Program-made: the position numbers and the translations under genes | The notes under the pieces: generated by a model | The model's input: only the letters and a program-made list of their open reading frames with translations | Told to the model about the DNA's origin: nothing | Database searches by the model: none | Shown here: positions 62,861-64,000 of the stretch, piece after piece | How positions within the stretch are numbered: the stretch's first letter is position 1 | Layout of the letters: each line of letters begins with the position of its first letter | Origin: Toensbergia leucococca | Taxonomy: Eukaryota | Assembly: GCA_022813965.1 (NCBI GenBank) | Contig: JALDZS010000040.1 | Location: 1-64,000 of the forward strand | DNA length: 64,000 nt | Reading direction: 5' to 3'

Positions 62861-64000
62861 ACCTATACTTTGTTATTAATCATCACAACAGTCTCAGTCT
62901 CAGCAATCATAGCCTTGTAACACCTAGTCTTACATACAAACTCATTCTCACCCCTCATTCTCACCAACTTATGAGATAGAAAAGAGGTATGAGATTTTCT
63001 TTCAAACCTGCTTTAAGATAGTGAACGGGATAAAAGACCAGTGTCTTGCATATCACTTTTTACGCTTAGATAATTTGACCCCTACAGCACCAACGCAGAA
63101 AAAGTCTACTAGCACCTCCTTCAGATCCCATTTCGTATACATCTCACGAGCCCCCTCCTATCATAAGAGTTAAAAAATTCATTCCGATGTCTCATTCCGA
63201 TTTCCCAATCCCTCCTCCCTTTCTCTACTCGGTCCCAACCCTCCCACCCGCTCAACCAGATTCCAAGGGTCAGTAATCGCACGAACCCGCTCCTTGATAC
63301 CGGCTTTTGGAACTCGAATTCAAAGACGAAAAGGGGGGAGTGATCGTGGAATATTGACCGCTTGTACAGAATACGTCGTGTGATGCTATGGTTACTTGAG
63401 TGTGGGAAAGGGGTAGGGTAGGGGAAGGGAGTGGTAAACTATACCGCTTTGCAGATAGGAAATGGCAGAGAAACGATGATGCCGCTGCAAACCGAGAAGC
63501 GGCTTAGGTGGTTTGAGAGAGGGATTTCGATTTAGAGTCTGAGCGGACGAGGGGGGTATTGAGTGAAAGGATACATCGGAAGAGAATCCTGCAAGGGACA
63601 AACACGGCTTGCTAGTATGTGTAAGAGCAAAGTCCGGCTGCGTTGTTGGGTAGCCTCCCTCCTAAGAAGATGAGAGTAACCCGTTCTGCTTTCTTGAGCA
63701 TGTGACGGCGTTTACGGGGATTCTGGCCTGCTCTTGGTGCGCTAATGGACATTTCTCAGAACTTGGATGCGAAGACGGGGTAACTGCGCTGAGTCCTTGA
63801 GAATGGCTGGCCCATATATAAGCTCCTCAGTTCGTGTGCCGCCTCCTGGAAATAAAGCGATCGAGGCCAGGACGGCCAATGATTTAGTGAGAGATCGTCA
63901 AGCAATCGACCGTCAGTTTATTTTACTCTTGGCCTCGGATGTTTGCCATATAGCACAACCGCGATTGCCCCTGTACGATATCGCAGACTTCCTCCTGCAA

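Noticed and set aside
62690..62920. Hydrophobic 76-aa ORF
   Set aside because: Artefact of the poly-G/poly-T low-complexity tract.

Overview
This is eukaryotic genomic DNA from a filamentous ascomycete (Pezizomycotina-type GT-AG introns with CTRAC branch sites), so most ORF-track entries are exon fragments or antisense shadows. About 15 intact, mostly spliced genes can be supported: a questin-oxidase/AflY-like protein, ATP4, NOC4, a Sel1-repeat DSF2/Nif1-like protein, a bZIP factor with a putative membrane anchor, a CCCH zinc-finger protein, TFIIF beta (TFG2), CSN4, a HeLo-like/ankyrin-repeat protein, JAC1/HscB, YOS9/OS-9, a CorA-like protein, pirin, an F-box-like Cys-rich protein, alpha-1,3-glucan synthase and SLA1. 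Accessory content includes a complete RIP-mutated Tc1/mariner element (22155-24488, 54-bp TIRs, TA target) with a nested 225-bp solo LTR (TAATT TSD), a patch of small hairpin/MITE-like repeats at about 26.0-26.6 kb, and a decayed head-to-head paralog of the F-box-like gene. Best candidates for something new: (i) the HeLo-like + ankyrin protein that lacks a NACHT/NB-ARC domain and ends in GKQGLxx heptad repeats; (ii) the inverted F-box-like gene/pseudogene pair with RIP-type Cys->Tyr/Trp->stop decay; (iii) the ATF6/bZIP60-like membrane-tethered bZIP; (iv) recurrent C-rich to G-rich strand-skew switches. All family assignments come from motif recognition by eye, not from database searches.
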